Part shown: in pieces, positions 18,466 to 26,031 of the stretch
Position numbering within the stretch: position 1 is the first letter of the stretch
How the letters are laid out: each line of letters starts with the position of its first letter
Source of the DNA: Bacteroidota bacterium
Lineage (GTDB): Bacteria > Bacteroidota > Bacteroidia > Bacteroidales > VadinHA17
DNA: 46,188 nucleotides
Assembly: GCA_022709665.1 (NCBI GenBank)
Contig: JAKLIJ010000002.1
Location: 1 to 46,188 of the forward strand
Reading direction: 5' to 3'
The notes under the pieces: model-generated
What the model saw: only the letters and a program-made list of their open reading frames with translations
Database searches by the model: none
Told to the model about the DNA's origin: nothing
Program-made: the position numbers and the translations under genes

Positions 18466-20043
18466 TTAATTCATTGCAGGAGCAGGCATCATTCTTCCGG
18501 CAGGAGCAGCGCTCCTTTCGGTAACAGGTTTTACGGGAATACGGGCATCTCTCATGGCGGCATTATACGCAAATGAAGCTGTGATAATGGCATTATGACG
18601 CAGATCATCAAGTGAGAGCCTTTCCCATGTGTCCATCACCGTGTGGTAACCGCGGTCATATTCAATCTCATCCTGAATAAACTGGAAGGCAGGTAAACCC
18701 AGACCGTCAAATGACTGATGATCAGTTCCTCCTGTATTTCTTATTGTTATGGTGGAAGCTCCCATATCCTCGAAGGGCCTGAACCACTCCTCGAAGATGG
18801 GCCTTGCCATGTCATTGCCCTGGAGATAAATCCCCCTGTATTTACCGCTTCCGTTGTCCATGTTGAAATAAACTGCAAACTTGTCGAAATCAGGCTTGTG
18901 AGCTTTGGTCTGCGCATCGGCAAGATAAGTGTTTGCATATCCCCTCGAACCGAACAGTCCCTGTTCTTCCCCGCCCCACAGGGCAATCCTTATAGTCCTC
19001 CTGGGTGATACGCCGAGGCTTCTCAGTATCCTGAGAGCTTCCATCATTACGATGCAGCCCGATGCGTTGTCCGCAGCCCCGGTCCCGCCATGCCATGAAT
19101 CGAGATGAGCGCCTATCAGCACTACCTCATTCTTAAGGAGCTTATCGGTCCCGGGAATCTCCCCTATAACATTGTAAACCTTTGGACTCGCAAAGAACCT
19201 GTTCTGAATCTCGATCTCCATTTCAACCTTCACATTGTTCCTGATCAGCCTTTCCATCCTTCCGTGCGCTTCGGTAGGAAGATTAAGTTCGGCAAGCGGC
19301 TCAGGATCACCTGCCTTGTAACTGACGCTACCCGACCTGGGAACATTGAAGGTCCCCGAGTTGTTCAGGATAACTGCAGCTTCTTCAGATTTAATAAGCT
19401 CGGTGATAAGAGTCCTGAGAGCCCTTTGTGCCATATACTGAGCATAATCACCCGGCATCGGCCTTCTTCCCTGACGAGAATCGGCCATGGCAAGCTGTTC
19501 AAGTTCTTCTTCACTGTACCGGTGTGCCAGCGGCTCATAACTTACCTGGTAATTGGAGGTTGAGGGCATCATCACTATCTTCCCCCGGATCTTCCCCTTG
19601 TATTTTTCAAGATCTGCTTCATTTTTTACATCCATGAGAATAACTTCCGACCTTATAACACCGGCAGTGCTTCCTGTCCATGCCACAGGATTGCACGCGA
19701 AGTTGGAATAGTAGGGAGCTGTCATCGCAGCATAAGCCTTGAGGTTATCCCATCCGCCACGGCTGAAATCACCGGCTTCCTCCAGCCTTACGTTCTGGAA
19801 CCCCAGCTCCTCCATCTTCTTTTTCGCCCATTCATTCCCCCTCGATCCACCTGTCGATCCGGTGAGCCTTGGCCCGGTAAGATCCGTCAGACCAAAAGCA
19901 AGGTCCTCAATAGCCGAATTCCTCATGCCTTCCTGCTTGATCCGGTAAATCATTGTCAGATCTGTTTTTTCTGTCTGAGCTGATAGTGATACAGAAAAAA
20001 GCATAAAAAGAAAACCACCGGTTATAAGTCTTTTAATTTCCAT
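18466..20043 (-). CDS. M28-family metallo-aminopeptidase with PA (protease-associated) insert
   Basis: A signal peptide is present. The zinc-ligand contexts are GAHLDSWHGGTGAADNASG, WGGEEQGLFGS and FNMDNG, with a late H in GYHTVMDT. Confidence 0.8.
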   Translation of the reverse strand: MEIKRLITGGFLFMLFSVSLSAQTEKTDLTMIYRIKQEGMRNSAIEDLAFGLTDLTGPRLTGSTGGSRGNEWAKKKMEELGFQNVRLEEAGDFSRGGWDNLKAYAAMTAPYYSNFACNPVAWTGSTAGVIRSEVILMDVKNEADLEKYKGKIRGKIVMMPSTSNYQVSYEPLAHRYSEEELEQLAMADSRQGRRPMPGDYAQYMAQRALRTLITELIKSEEAAVILNNSGTFNVPRSGSVSYKAGDPEPLAELNLPTEAHGRMERLIRNNVKVEMEIEIQNRFFASPKVYNVIGEIPGTDKLLKNEVVLIGAHLDSWHGGTGAADNASGCIVMMEALRILRSLGVSPRRTIRIALWGGEEQGLFGSRGYANTYLADAQTKAHKPDFDKFAVYFNMDNGSGKYRGIYLQGNDMARPIFEEWFRPFEDMGASTITIRNTGGTDHQSFDGLGLPAFQFIQDEIEYDRGYHTVMDTWERLSLDDLRHNAIITASFAYNAAMRDARIPVKPVTERSAAPAGRMMPAPAMN

Positions 20044-20116
20044 TTGATGGTATTTAGGGTTTTGTTATACTCAAATGTAGAAAAAACCAGAACAGCGACT
20101 CCGCAGTAAATGCATT

Positions 20117-20130
20117 TTAACAATTGTTAA
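20117..20130. promoter_or_regulatory. Perfect 14-bp palindrome TTAACAATTGTTAA, overlapping a second palindrome TAACGTTA at 20128-20135, in the divergent M28 / mutS2 intergenic region
   Basis: Read directly; both are exact reverse-complement symmetric. The function as an operator is only a guess. Confidence 0.3.
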
Positions 20131-20181
20131 CGTTAGTGCCAGACTTTCCGGGTCTTTGCCGGGTTGATGCTCATTTTTTCT

Positions 20182-20189
20182 TAATTTTG
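20182..20189 (+). promoter_or_regulatory. Bacteroidota-type -7 promoter box TAATTTTG upstream of mutS2
   Basis: Exact TAnnTTTG match, 29 nt upstream of the ATG at 20218. A TTTG at 20155-20158 lies 23 nt upstream of the box. Confidence 0.55.
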
Positions 20190-20217
20190 GTCTTCATAAT
20201 TGACTTTAAGACATAAG

Positions 20218-22692
20218 ATGATATATCCCGAAAACTTTGAAACCAAGATAGGATTTGACAGGATCCGTCAACTCGTTTCCGAGAACTGCCTCAGTGATAT
20301 GGGTAGGGAGAAAGTTGACAGGATCACTTTCAGCAATGATCATGAACTGATTGGATTTAACCTGGCAGCCGTATGGGAATTCCAGAATATACTCAGGTTT
20401 GAAGACTATTTCCCATCTGAACATTATTACAATATCTCATTATCACTTAATAAGATAAGGATACAGGGGTCATTCCCTGAAGTATTTGAAGTCTTCGATT
20501 TGAAAAGATCAGTAACCACGGTAAAGGAGGTGATAAGCTTTTTCAGAAAGAAAGATGAAAAGGATTATCCTTCCCTGAAATCTGTCTGTTCCAGGGCAAA
20601 ATTTTATCCTTTTGTACTTGAAGCAGCCGACCGGATTGTCGACAAGGAGGGAAGAATTCGCGATAATGCATCACCCAGGCTCCGGGAGATCAGGGATGAC
20701 ATAGTAAAAAAAGGAATTCTTGCTTCAAGAAGGATGGCTTCGATCCTGAAACAGGCCCAGGCTGATGGTATTGTCGATTCCGACACGGCAGCATCGGTCA
20801 GGAACGGCAGGGGAGTTATCCCGGTAAATACCTTCGACAAGAGAAAGATCAGGGGATTGATCCACGATCAGTCTGCCTCGGGAAAGACTGTGTTCATTGA
20901 ACCTGCTGAGATAGTTGAAATAAACAATGAGATAGTTGAACTGGGATACGAAGAAAGAAGGGAAATAGTGCGGATTCTTACGGCTTTTGCCGATGATATA
21001 CGGCCTTATATTGACGATCTGATCCAGGCAAACGATTTTCTGGGTGAGATCGACCTGATAAGGGCGAAGGCTCTTCTGGGAAACCATCTCGGATCGGTTA
21101 AACCAATTATATCCCCCGGTCCCGGGATCTCATGGAGAAATGCCGTTCATCCCCTTCTATTCATTGCCTTCGGCAAAATCCGCGGCAGAAAGGTCGTCCC
21201 GCTTAATATTGTCCTGGAAAGCAAAAACAGAATAGTCCTTATCTCCGGGCCAAACGCCGGTGGAAAATCAGTCTGCCTGAAGACGGTGGGATTGCTTCAG
21301 TACATGATGCAATGCGGGTTTACTATACCGGTAGATGAGGGATCCGAATCGGGAATCTTCAGCGATATCTTTATAGATATTGGCGACGAGCAGAGCATCG
21401 ATAATGACCTCAGCACCTATAGTTCACACCTGATAAGCATGAAGCACTTCGTGAAACATGCCTCCGGGACGACTCTGGTGCTTATTGACGAGTTTGGAAC
21501 CGGGACAGAGCCCATGCTGGGAGGTTCAATAGCAGAAGCAATACTGGGAGAACTTAACAGCGCAGGAACTTATGGAGTAATTACCACGCATTACACAAAC
21601 CTCAAGCACTATGCCAGCCTGACTGAAGGTATTGTAAATGCCGCCATGCTTTTTGACCACCACCTTATGCAGCCTCTGTTCCAGTTGAGCATAGGAAAGC
21701 CCGGAAGCTCGTTCGCCTTTGAGATTGCCAGAAAGATAGGGCTTCCGGAAGAAATCCTGAAAAAGGCTTCAGAGAAAGCAGGAGTGAAGAATATCGATTT
21801 TGACCGGAACCTTAAAGATATAGCACGCGACAAGCGATACTGGGAAAACAAGAGACAAAACATCCGCCAGCACGAGAAACGGCTTACCGAGCTTATGGAT
21901 CAGTATGAAAAGGAGATTTCCGGGGCAAAAGAACTCAGGAAGGAGATCATCTCGAAAGCAAAAAGCGAGGCAGGAACTCTGCTGAACGAGACAAACAGGA
22001 TGATCGAAAATACAATCCGCCAGATAAGGGAAACACAGGCTGAAAAGGAGAAGACAAGGGAGGCAAGGCAAAAGCTTGATGAGTTTAAGGAGGAGATTGT
22101 AAAGGAAGCAATCCAGCCTATGGTCGCTTCCGAAGAAAGGATGGAGAGGCTCGCAGGAAAAGCAAGAAAGTTCAGGGAAAGAAAGGAAGAACCTGTACAA
22201 AACGATGCTGCCACCATAAATATGCCCCTCAAAAAAGGAGATGCCGTTAGAATGACAGATACCATGGCCTCAGGAGAAATCATTAAAATTGAGGACGGCA
22301 TGGCCCGTATTGAAACAGGCAGTTTGAAGATACTGGTCCCTGTCAGTAAACTGGAAAGGATAAGCAGGGCTGAATACAGAAAGACACTAAGGGCTGAACG
22401 ATCCGTTATTCCTGCTGATCCTCTTATTCAGAAAAGAAAGCTTGATTTCAAGCCTGAAATTGATATCCGCGGTGTGAGAGGGGAGGAGGCTCTTGCGAGG
22501 GTAAGGGATTTCATCGACACGGCAACCATGGTCCAGCACCGGAACCTCAGAATACTGCACGGAAAGGGTAATGGCATCCTGCGCCAGCTTGTGAGGGAAT
22601 ACCTGTCGACCATGAATGTGGTGAGATCATACCGCGATGAACATATTGAAATGGGGGGATCGGGAATTACCGTCGTTGAAATGGATTTTTAG
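20218..22692 (+). CDS. mutS2: Endonuclease MutS2 (MutS ATPase core plus C-terminal Smr domain)
   Basis: Walker A is ISGPNAGGKS and the Walker B region is LVLIDEFGTGTEP. A K/E-rich coiled-coil linker is present. The C-terminal Smr domain is IDIRGVRGEEA...LRILHGKGNGILR. The start is at the ATG at 20218 (MIYPENFETKIGFDRI). Confidence 0.9.
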   Translation: MIYPENFETKIGFDRIRQLVSENCLSDMGREKVDRITFSNDHELIGFNLAAVWEFQNILRFEDYFPSEHYYNISLSLNKIRIQGSFPEVFEVFDLKRSVTTVKEVISFFRKKDEKDYPSLKSVCSRAKFYPFVLEAADRIVDKEGRIRDNASPRLREIRDDIVKKGILASRRMASILKQAQADGIVDSDTAASVRNGRGVIPVNTFDKRKIRGLIHDQSASGKTVFIEPAEIVEINNEIVELGYEERREIVRILTAFADDIRPYIDDLIQANDFLGEIDLIRAKALLGNHLGSVKPIISPGPGISWRNAVHPLLFIAFGKIRGRKVVPLNIVLESKNRIVLISGPNAGGKSVCLKTVGLLQYMMQCGFTIPVDEGSESGIFSDIFIDIGDEQSIDNDLSTYSSHLISMKHFVKHASGTTLVLIDEFGTGTEPMLGGSIAEAILGELNSAGTYGVITTHYTNLKHYASLTEGIVNAAMLFDHHLMQPLFQLSIGKPGSSFAFEIARKIGLPEEILKKASEKAGVKNIDFDRNLKDIARDKRYWENKRQNIRQHEKRLTELMDQYEKEISGAKELRKEIISKAKSEAGTLLNETNRMIENTIRQIRETQAEKEKTREARQKLDEFKEEIVKEAIQPMVASEERMERLAGKARKFRERKEEPVQNDAATINMPLKKGDAVRMTDTMASGEIIKIEDGMARIETGSLKILVPVSKLERISRAEYRKTLRAERSVIPADPLIQKRKLDFKPEIDIRGVRGEEALARVRDFIDTATMVQHRNLRILHGKGNGILRQLVREYLSTMNVVRSYRDEHIEMGGSGITVVEMDF

Positions 22693-22722
22693 ACGTTATA
22701 ACATTGTTATAACAGGTAGGAT

Positions 22723-22743
22723 GTGCGGCATACGGTATGCGGA
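22723..22743. repeat. Three 7-nt units (GTGCGGC ATACGGT ATGCGGA), the reverse complement of the GCCGCAT-type array at 41659
   Basis: Read directly. The reverse complement TCCGCAT ACCGTAT GCCGCAC aligns unit-for-unit with ACCGCAT GCCGCAT GCCGCAC at 41659-41679. Confidence 0.8.
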
Positions 22744-22747
22744 AGAG

Positions 22748-22782
22748 AAAAAAAAAAGGACCTCCGAAAGGGCCCCTTTTTT
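22748..22782. terminator. Candidate bidirectional intrinsic terminator between convergent mutS2 and the DUF4097 gene
   Basis: An A10 run (22748-22757), then GGACCT-CCGAAA-GGGCCC(C), then a T6 run (22777-22782). The stem has one mismatch and one G-U pair, and the flanking A and T runs can extend it. Confidence 0.55.
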
Positions 22783-22804
22783 CTGTCCATAATCTCCATT
22801 CTTT

Positions 22805-23884
22805 TCAATAGAGTTTCACAGAACCGTAGCTTGCCCGTACGTACACTCTGGACGTTGGTGAGCTATCCTTTCCCACTATCCCCGAAATTTCAGTCGATGT
22901 GTTTTCTACTATCCTGCGCTGATGCTGGAAATTGCCCTCATCAAGCTTAAGGTCGCCATAGGAGGTCCGTGCATCAAGTTCATAGTTTGCTCCGCTGTCA
23001 ATGCCAAGCCTGACACCTATGTAGCGCGAATCGGTTTCTATCGATTCAAAACCTGCAGGGATGCTCTCAACTGCAATGGATCCGTACGCTCCGTCGAACT
23101 TGAGCTTTTTGGACAGACTGCCGATGTTGATGTCGGTGTATCCGGCATCAAGAACAAGATTGCTGACTCTGTCAATTTCAAGCTTGTCGTATTTGGATTC
23201 GGCAACGACCGAGCTTATTTTGTCTATACTTATCTTTGAATATTTGCTATCGAGCAGAAGAGCCTGGCATTCATCAATGGTAAATTCTCCCACATATCTT
23301 ATAATAACATCTATCCACCCGGCCGAATCTATTTCAGCTTTTCCGTAAGCCACGCTTATTGCATTGATGGGCTTTTCATTGCCCCGGGTCAGTCTTTCGA
23401 TCAGCAGATTCCCGTACTTGATGTCTATATTTACAAGTCCGTCGACTTTTTCTATCTCAGAATTGCCATACCTGTTCACAAGATTGAAGTTAATGTACGA
23501 TGGCATGCTGACCATATAATCAATGCTGAATCGTCTGGTACCTCCTCCCCAGCCGGAGAAATTGAATTTCTCATCAATAACTGTCCTGGCCTTTAGGATG
23601 TCGCCTTCTTCGCTGAATACAACATTGATATAATCGAGATACTTCTGGGCCCTGTCGCGGTTCGGAAATTCAACAGTGACCTTTACAGCTATTTTGATTT
23701 CATCACCGTCGGTAGTCTCCACAATAACCTTACCGTACTTGTTGTTGATGTCGAGTGTGGTACCTGAATCTGCGGTCCATTCCTTGTTAAACTCCTTTGT
23801 AAGCTCCTGGGAAACAAGCCCCGGAGAGGTTAGGACAAGGCAGAACAGCAGCAATGCCCATGGTTTAAATGCTAGCCTTTTCAT
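22805..23884 (-). CDS. Secreted DUF4097-like beta-strand-repeat protein (putative adhesin fold)
   Basis: A signal peptide is present (MKRLAFKPWALLLFCLVLTSPGLVSQ). Short-strand motifs recur: YGKVIVETT, YGNSEIEKV, YGNLLIERL, YGKAEIDSA, YGSIAVESI, YGDLKLDEG and YGSVKLY. The start overlaps the upstream gene by 20 nt. Confidence 0.6.
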   Translation of the reverse strand: MKRLAFKPWALLLFCLVLTSPGLVSQELTKEFNKEWTADSGTTLDINNKYGKVIVETTDGDEIKIAVKVTVEFPNRDRAQKYLDYINVVFSEEGDILKARTVIDEKFNFSGWGGGTRRFSIDYMVSMPSYINFNLVNRYGNSEIEKVDGLVNIDIKYGNLLIERLTRGNEKPINAISVAYGKAEIDSAGWIDVIIRYVGEFTIDECQALLLDSKYSKISIDKISSVVAESKYDKLEIDRVSNLVLDAGYTDINIGSLSKKLKFDGAYGSIAVESIPAGFESIETDSRYIGVRLGIDSGANYELDARTSYGDLKLDEGNFQHQRRIVENTSTEISGIVGKDSSPTSRVYVRASYGSVKLY

Positions 23885-24428
23885 GATCTGTGTCGTTTAA
23901 ATTTTCATTCCTTATGGCTTTCAGCTGATCCACTATGTACGACATTACCTCAACCTTGGTCTGGTAATGCTCTATCATTGCGTTTATTATTCTTTCATCG
24001 CTGGGATTGGCTTTCAGATCTTTCTGGAGCTGAACATATACCGAATCCATACTCCTGAGCTCGCCCAGAAGCATCTTTTTCTGACTGGCATTGCCATTAA
24101 TGTCTATCGAGGAAAGCTCGCTTTCCATAAGGTTGACCTGGTGCGCATAATAGTTCTCCACCTCCCTGTACTGCGGTGAGACGTCACTCAGGCTCATCCT
24201 GTCCCTGTCGGGCCTCAGAAAATGCTCCCAGGTCCAGAGCGAGGAGAGTGTAACGAGCAAGGTAACCACAGCTGCCTTGAGAAGATACGGAACAATGCTT
24301 CTTTTGACCGCCAGAGTTTCGCATCTTATTTCCAGCTTCCGCTGAAATCTTTCAAAGTGTCCATCCGACGGCTCCCCGCTGTCGAAAAACTCTTTGTTGT
24401 TTCTTATAATGTCTTCTATATTTTTCAT
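23865..24428 (-). CDS. Single-pass membrane protein, candidate anti-sigma factor
   Basis: It lies 13 nt downstream of the ECF sigma gene. It has a cytoplasmic N-terminus of about 45 aa (EPSDGHFERFQRKLE), one TM segment (IVPYLLKAAVVTLLVTLSSLWTW) and a helical C-terminal domain of about 115 aa. No zf-HC2 motif is recognisable, so the role is inferred from position and topology only. Confidence 0.45.
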   Translation of the reverse strand: MKNIEDIIRNNKEFFDSGEPSDGHFERFQRKLEIRCETLAVKRSIVPYLLKAAVVTLLVTLSSLWTWEHFLRPDRDRMSLSDVSPQYREVENYYAHQVNLMESELSSIDINGNASQKKMLLGELRSMDSVYVQLQKDLKANPSDERIINAMIEHYQTKVEVMSYIVDQLKAIRNENLNDTDHEKASI

Positions 24429-24441
24429 TTCTACAATTTTT

Positions 24442-25002
24442 TCATCTTTTTTTCATTTCGGCAATCAGTTTCTGTTTTGCCCTGGATAGCTGCGACCTGG
24501 ATGTGCTGCTGGAGATATTAAGTATCTCAGCAATTTCATCGTGATCGTAGCCTTCCAGCAGGTAGAGCGAGAGGATGATCCGGTAACCGTCGGGAAGCCT
24601 GTTGATTGCATCTTTTACTTCTTCTACTTTTACATCAAGCTCTTCCTTCCTTACAGTCTCCTCACTGCTTTCATCCCTGATCCCCACATGAAGCTCAATA
24701 TCTTCAAAGATCGCTTTTCTTCTGCTCAGAGCATCGAGCGAACGGTTTATCACTATTCTCTTCAGCCATGCTCCGAAGCTTACAGTACCCGAGTAAGTAT
24801 CAATCTTTTCAAAGGCCGACAGGAACGACTCCTGCATAATATCCTCAGCTTCCATAGTATCATTCACAATTCTGAGACTCGTGTTGTACATTGCTTTATA
24901 GTACAACTTGTAAATCTTGAATTGGGCTTTCTGGTCGCCAGTCTTGCATCCGTCCAGTAAGTCCTGGTGCAAGTTTCGGAATGCTGCTTCTGCATTTGCC
25001 AT
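24442..25002 (-). CDS. ECF-type RNA polymerase sigma-70 family factor
   Basis: Region 2 is AEDIMQESFLSAFEKIDTY...FGAWLKRIVINRSLD. The region 4 HTH is YLLEGYDHDEIAEILNISSSTSRSQLSRAKQKL. The track start at 25044 is a GTG; the ATG at 25002 (MANAEAAF...) is preferred. Confidence 0.85.
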   Translation of the reverse strand: MANAEAAFRNLHQDLLDGCKTGDQKAQFKIYKLYYKAMYNTSLRIVNDTMEAEDIMQESFLSAFEKIDTYSGTVSFGAWLKRIVINRSLDALSRRKAIFEDIELHVGIRDESSEETVRKEELDVKVEEVKDAINRLPDGYRIILSLYLLEGYDHDEIAEILNISSSTSRSQLSRAKQKLIAEMKKR

Positions 25003-25101
25003 TTTCGAGTAAAGGCTGGTTTTTATACTTTGAGCTGCACCCACTGTCTTCCATTATTTCCAATGAAAAGACGGAATGGATGTTTCATTGCTGCATTCAA
25101 T

Positions 25102-25998
25102 TTATGAATTTTTGGAGATTTTCGTTAAAAAAAGCAAAATTATTCCCTGTGTTACTTCGCCTGATGAATAATCGAGCTCTGATCCAAACATGCTATGAGG
25201 TATTGAAAATATTATTAATGTCACGACTGCTGCCACCAGTGTGTAAACCCGCGTATTCCTTTTTTTGTTCATAACCACTGCCAGTATCCAGAACAGCAGT
25301 GCAATAAGTGTCTTGTTGTCAGTCAGATCCCATCCGAATGGCACTCCTGTCCAGAATTCACCGAACGCAAACTTCTGAACCGCCGGGCCAAGTATCATTC
25401 CACCGGCTATAAGAGTGATGAGGGTCCAGAGTGAATACTTCCTGAAAGCCGGAAGGTTGAAAAATGCCATCAGACCTGCCACGTTAGCAAGAAGCATGGC
25501 AAGGAACATGAATATTATGTGTGGTGTAAGTATGTACGACGGGACGGCTCCCTTGAACCTTATTACGACCGGTGTTTCCTTCAGGACGGTTATGGTCCCC
25601 TTTGAATCGGTCAGTTCAAGAAAGTACTCGATTTTCCCGGCAGGCGGCTGCTGGGGAACAGCGGCATAAAATCCCTTTTCCTCTGTAATACCGAATACTT
25701 TGTTCATAACCATCGAATTGACGGGATATACCTTATATTTAAACTCACTTGAGCTGTACTCTTCCCCGGTCCTGTATCTCCTGTAAAAAAGTCTGGCTTT
25801 TACAGCAGTGTCGGTGATCGCCAGTCTGACCTCTGGTCTCTCGTCAAGTCCCAGGCTCCTCACCAGCCTTACCTTTACCAGGGAATCATTTACTGTCAGG
25901 TACGTATCACGCGGATTCGTAGGTCCTGTCTTCCTCTGGTAATATGCTGCCCCGAGGGTTATTATAATTGCCAGGATCCATAGAATGGTTTTCTTCAT
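25102..25998 (-). CDS. Integral membrane protein of unknown function (N-terminal anchor, beta-rich domain of about 130 aa, then 4-5 TM segments)
   Basis: The ORF shows clear hydrophobic segments: ILWILAIIITLGAAYY, IIFMFLAMLLANVAGLMAFF, LWTLITLIAGGMILGP, LIALLFWILAVVM and LVAAVVTLIIFSI. I recognise no family. Confidence 0.6.
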   Translation of the reverse strand: MKKTILWILAIIITLGAAYYQRKTGPTNPRDTYLTVNDSLVKVRLVRSLGLDERPEVRLAITDTAVKARLFYRRYRTGEEYSSSEFKYKVYPVNSMVMNKVFGITEEKGFYAAVPQQPPAGKIEYFLELTDSKGTITVLKETPVVIRFKGAVPSYILTPHIIFMFLAMLLANVAGLMAFFNLPAFRKYSLWTLITLIAGGMILGPAVQKFAFGEFWTGVPFGWDLTDNKTLIALLFWILAVVMNKKRNTRVYTLVAAVVTLIIFSIPHSMFGSELDYSSGEVTQGIILLFLTKISKNS

Positions 25999-26031
25999 GG
26001 AGTTCTGATTTATGTCTTAGACGTAATAGTG

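Noticed and set aside
20044-20217. Search for tRNA, small RNA or riboswitch signatures in this and the other longer intergenic regions (29029-29140, 29976-30065, 36434-36586, 41473-41736)
   Set aside because: I could find no cloverleaf-compatible segments, no GTTCGAATC-type T-loops and no recognisable riboswitch cores by eye. A covariance-model scan would be needed to exclude them formally.
21769-22301. Two overlapping minus-strand ORFs (143 and 133 aa) inside mutS2
   Set aside because: They are antisense to the Lys/Glu-rich coiled-coil linker of MutS2. The Phe/Leu/Ser-rich translations are the expected mirror of that composition.
22723-22950. 75-aa plus-strand ORF spanning the mutS2 / DUF4097 intergenic region
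   Set aside because: It starts in the heptamer repeat, runs through the terminator candidate, and then runs antisense into the DUF4097 gene. It has no coding features.
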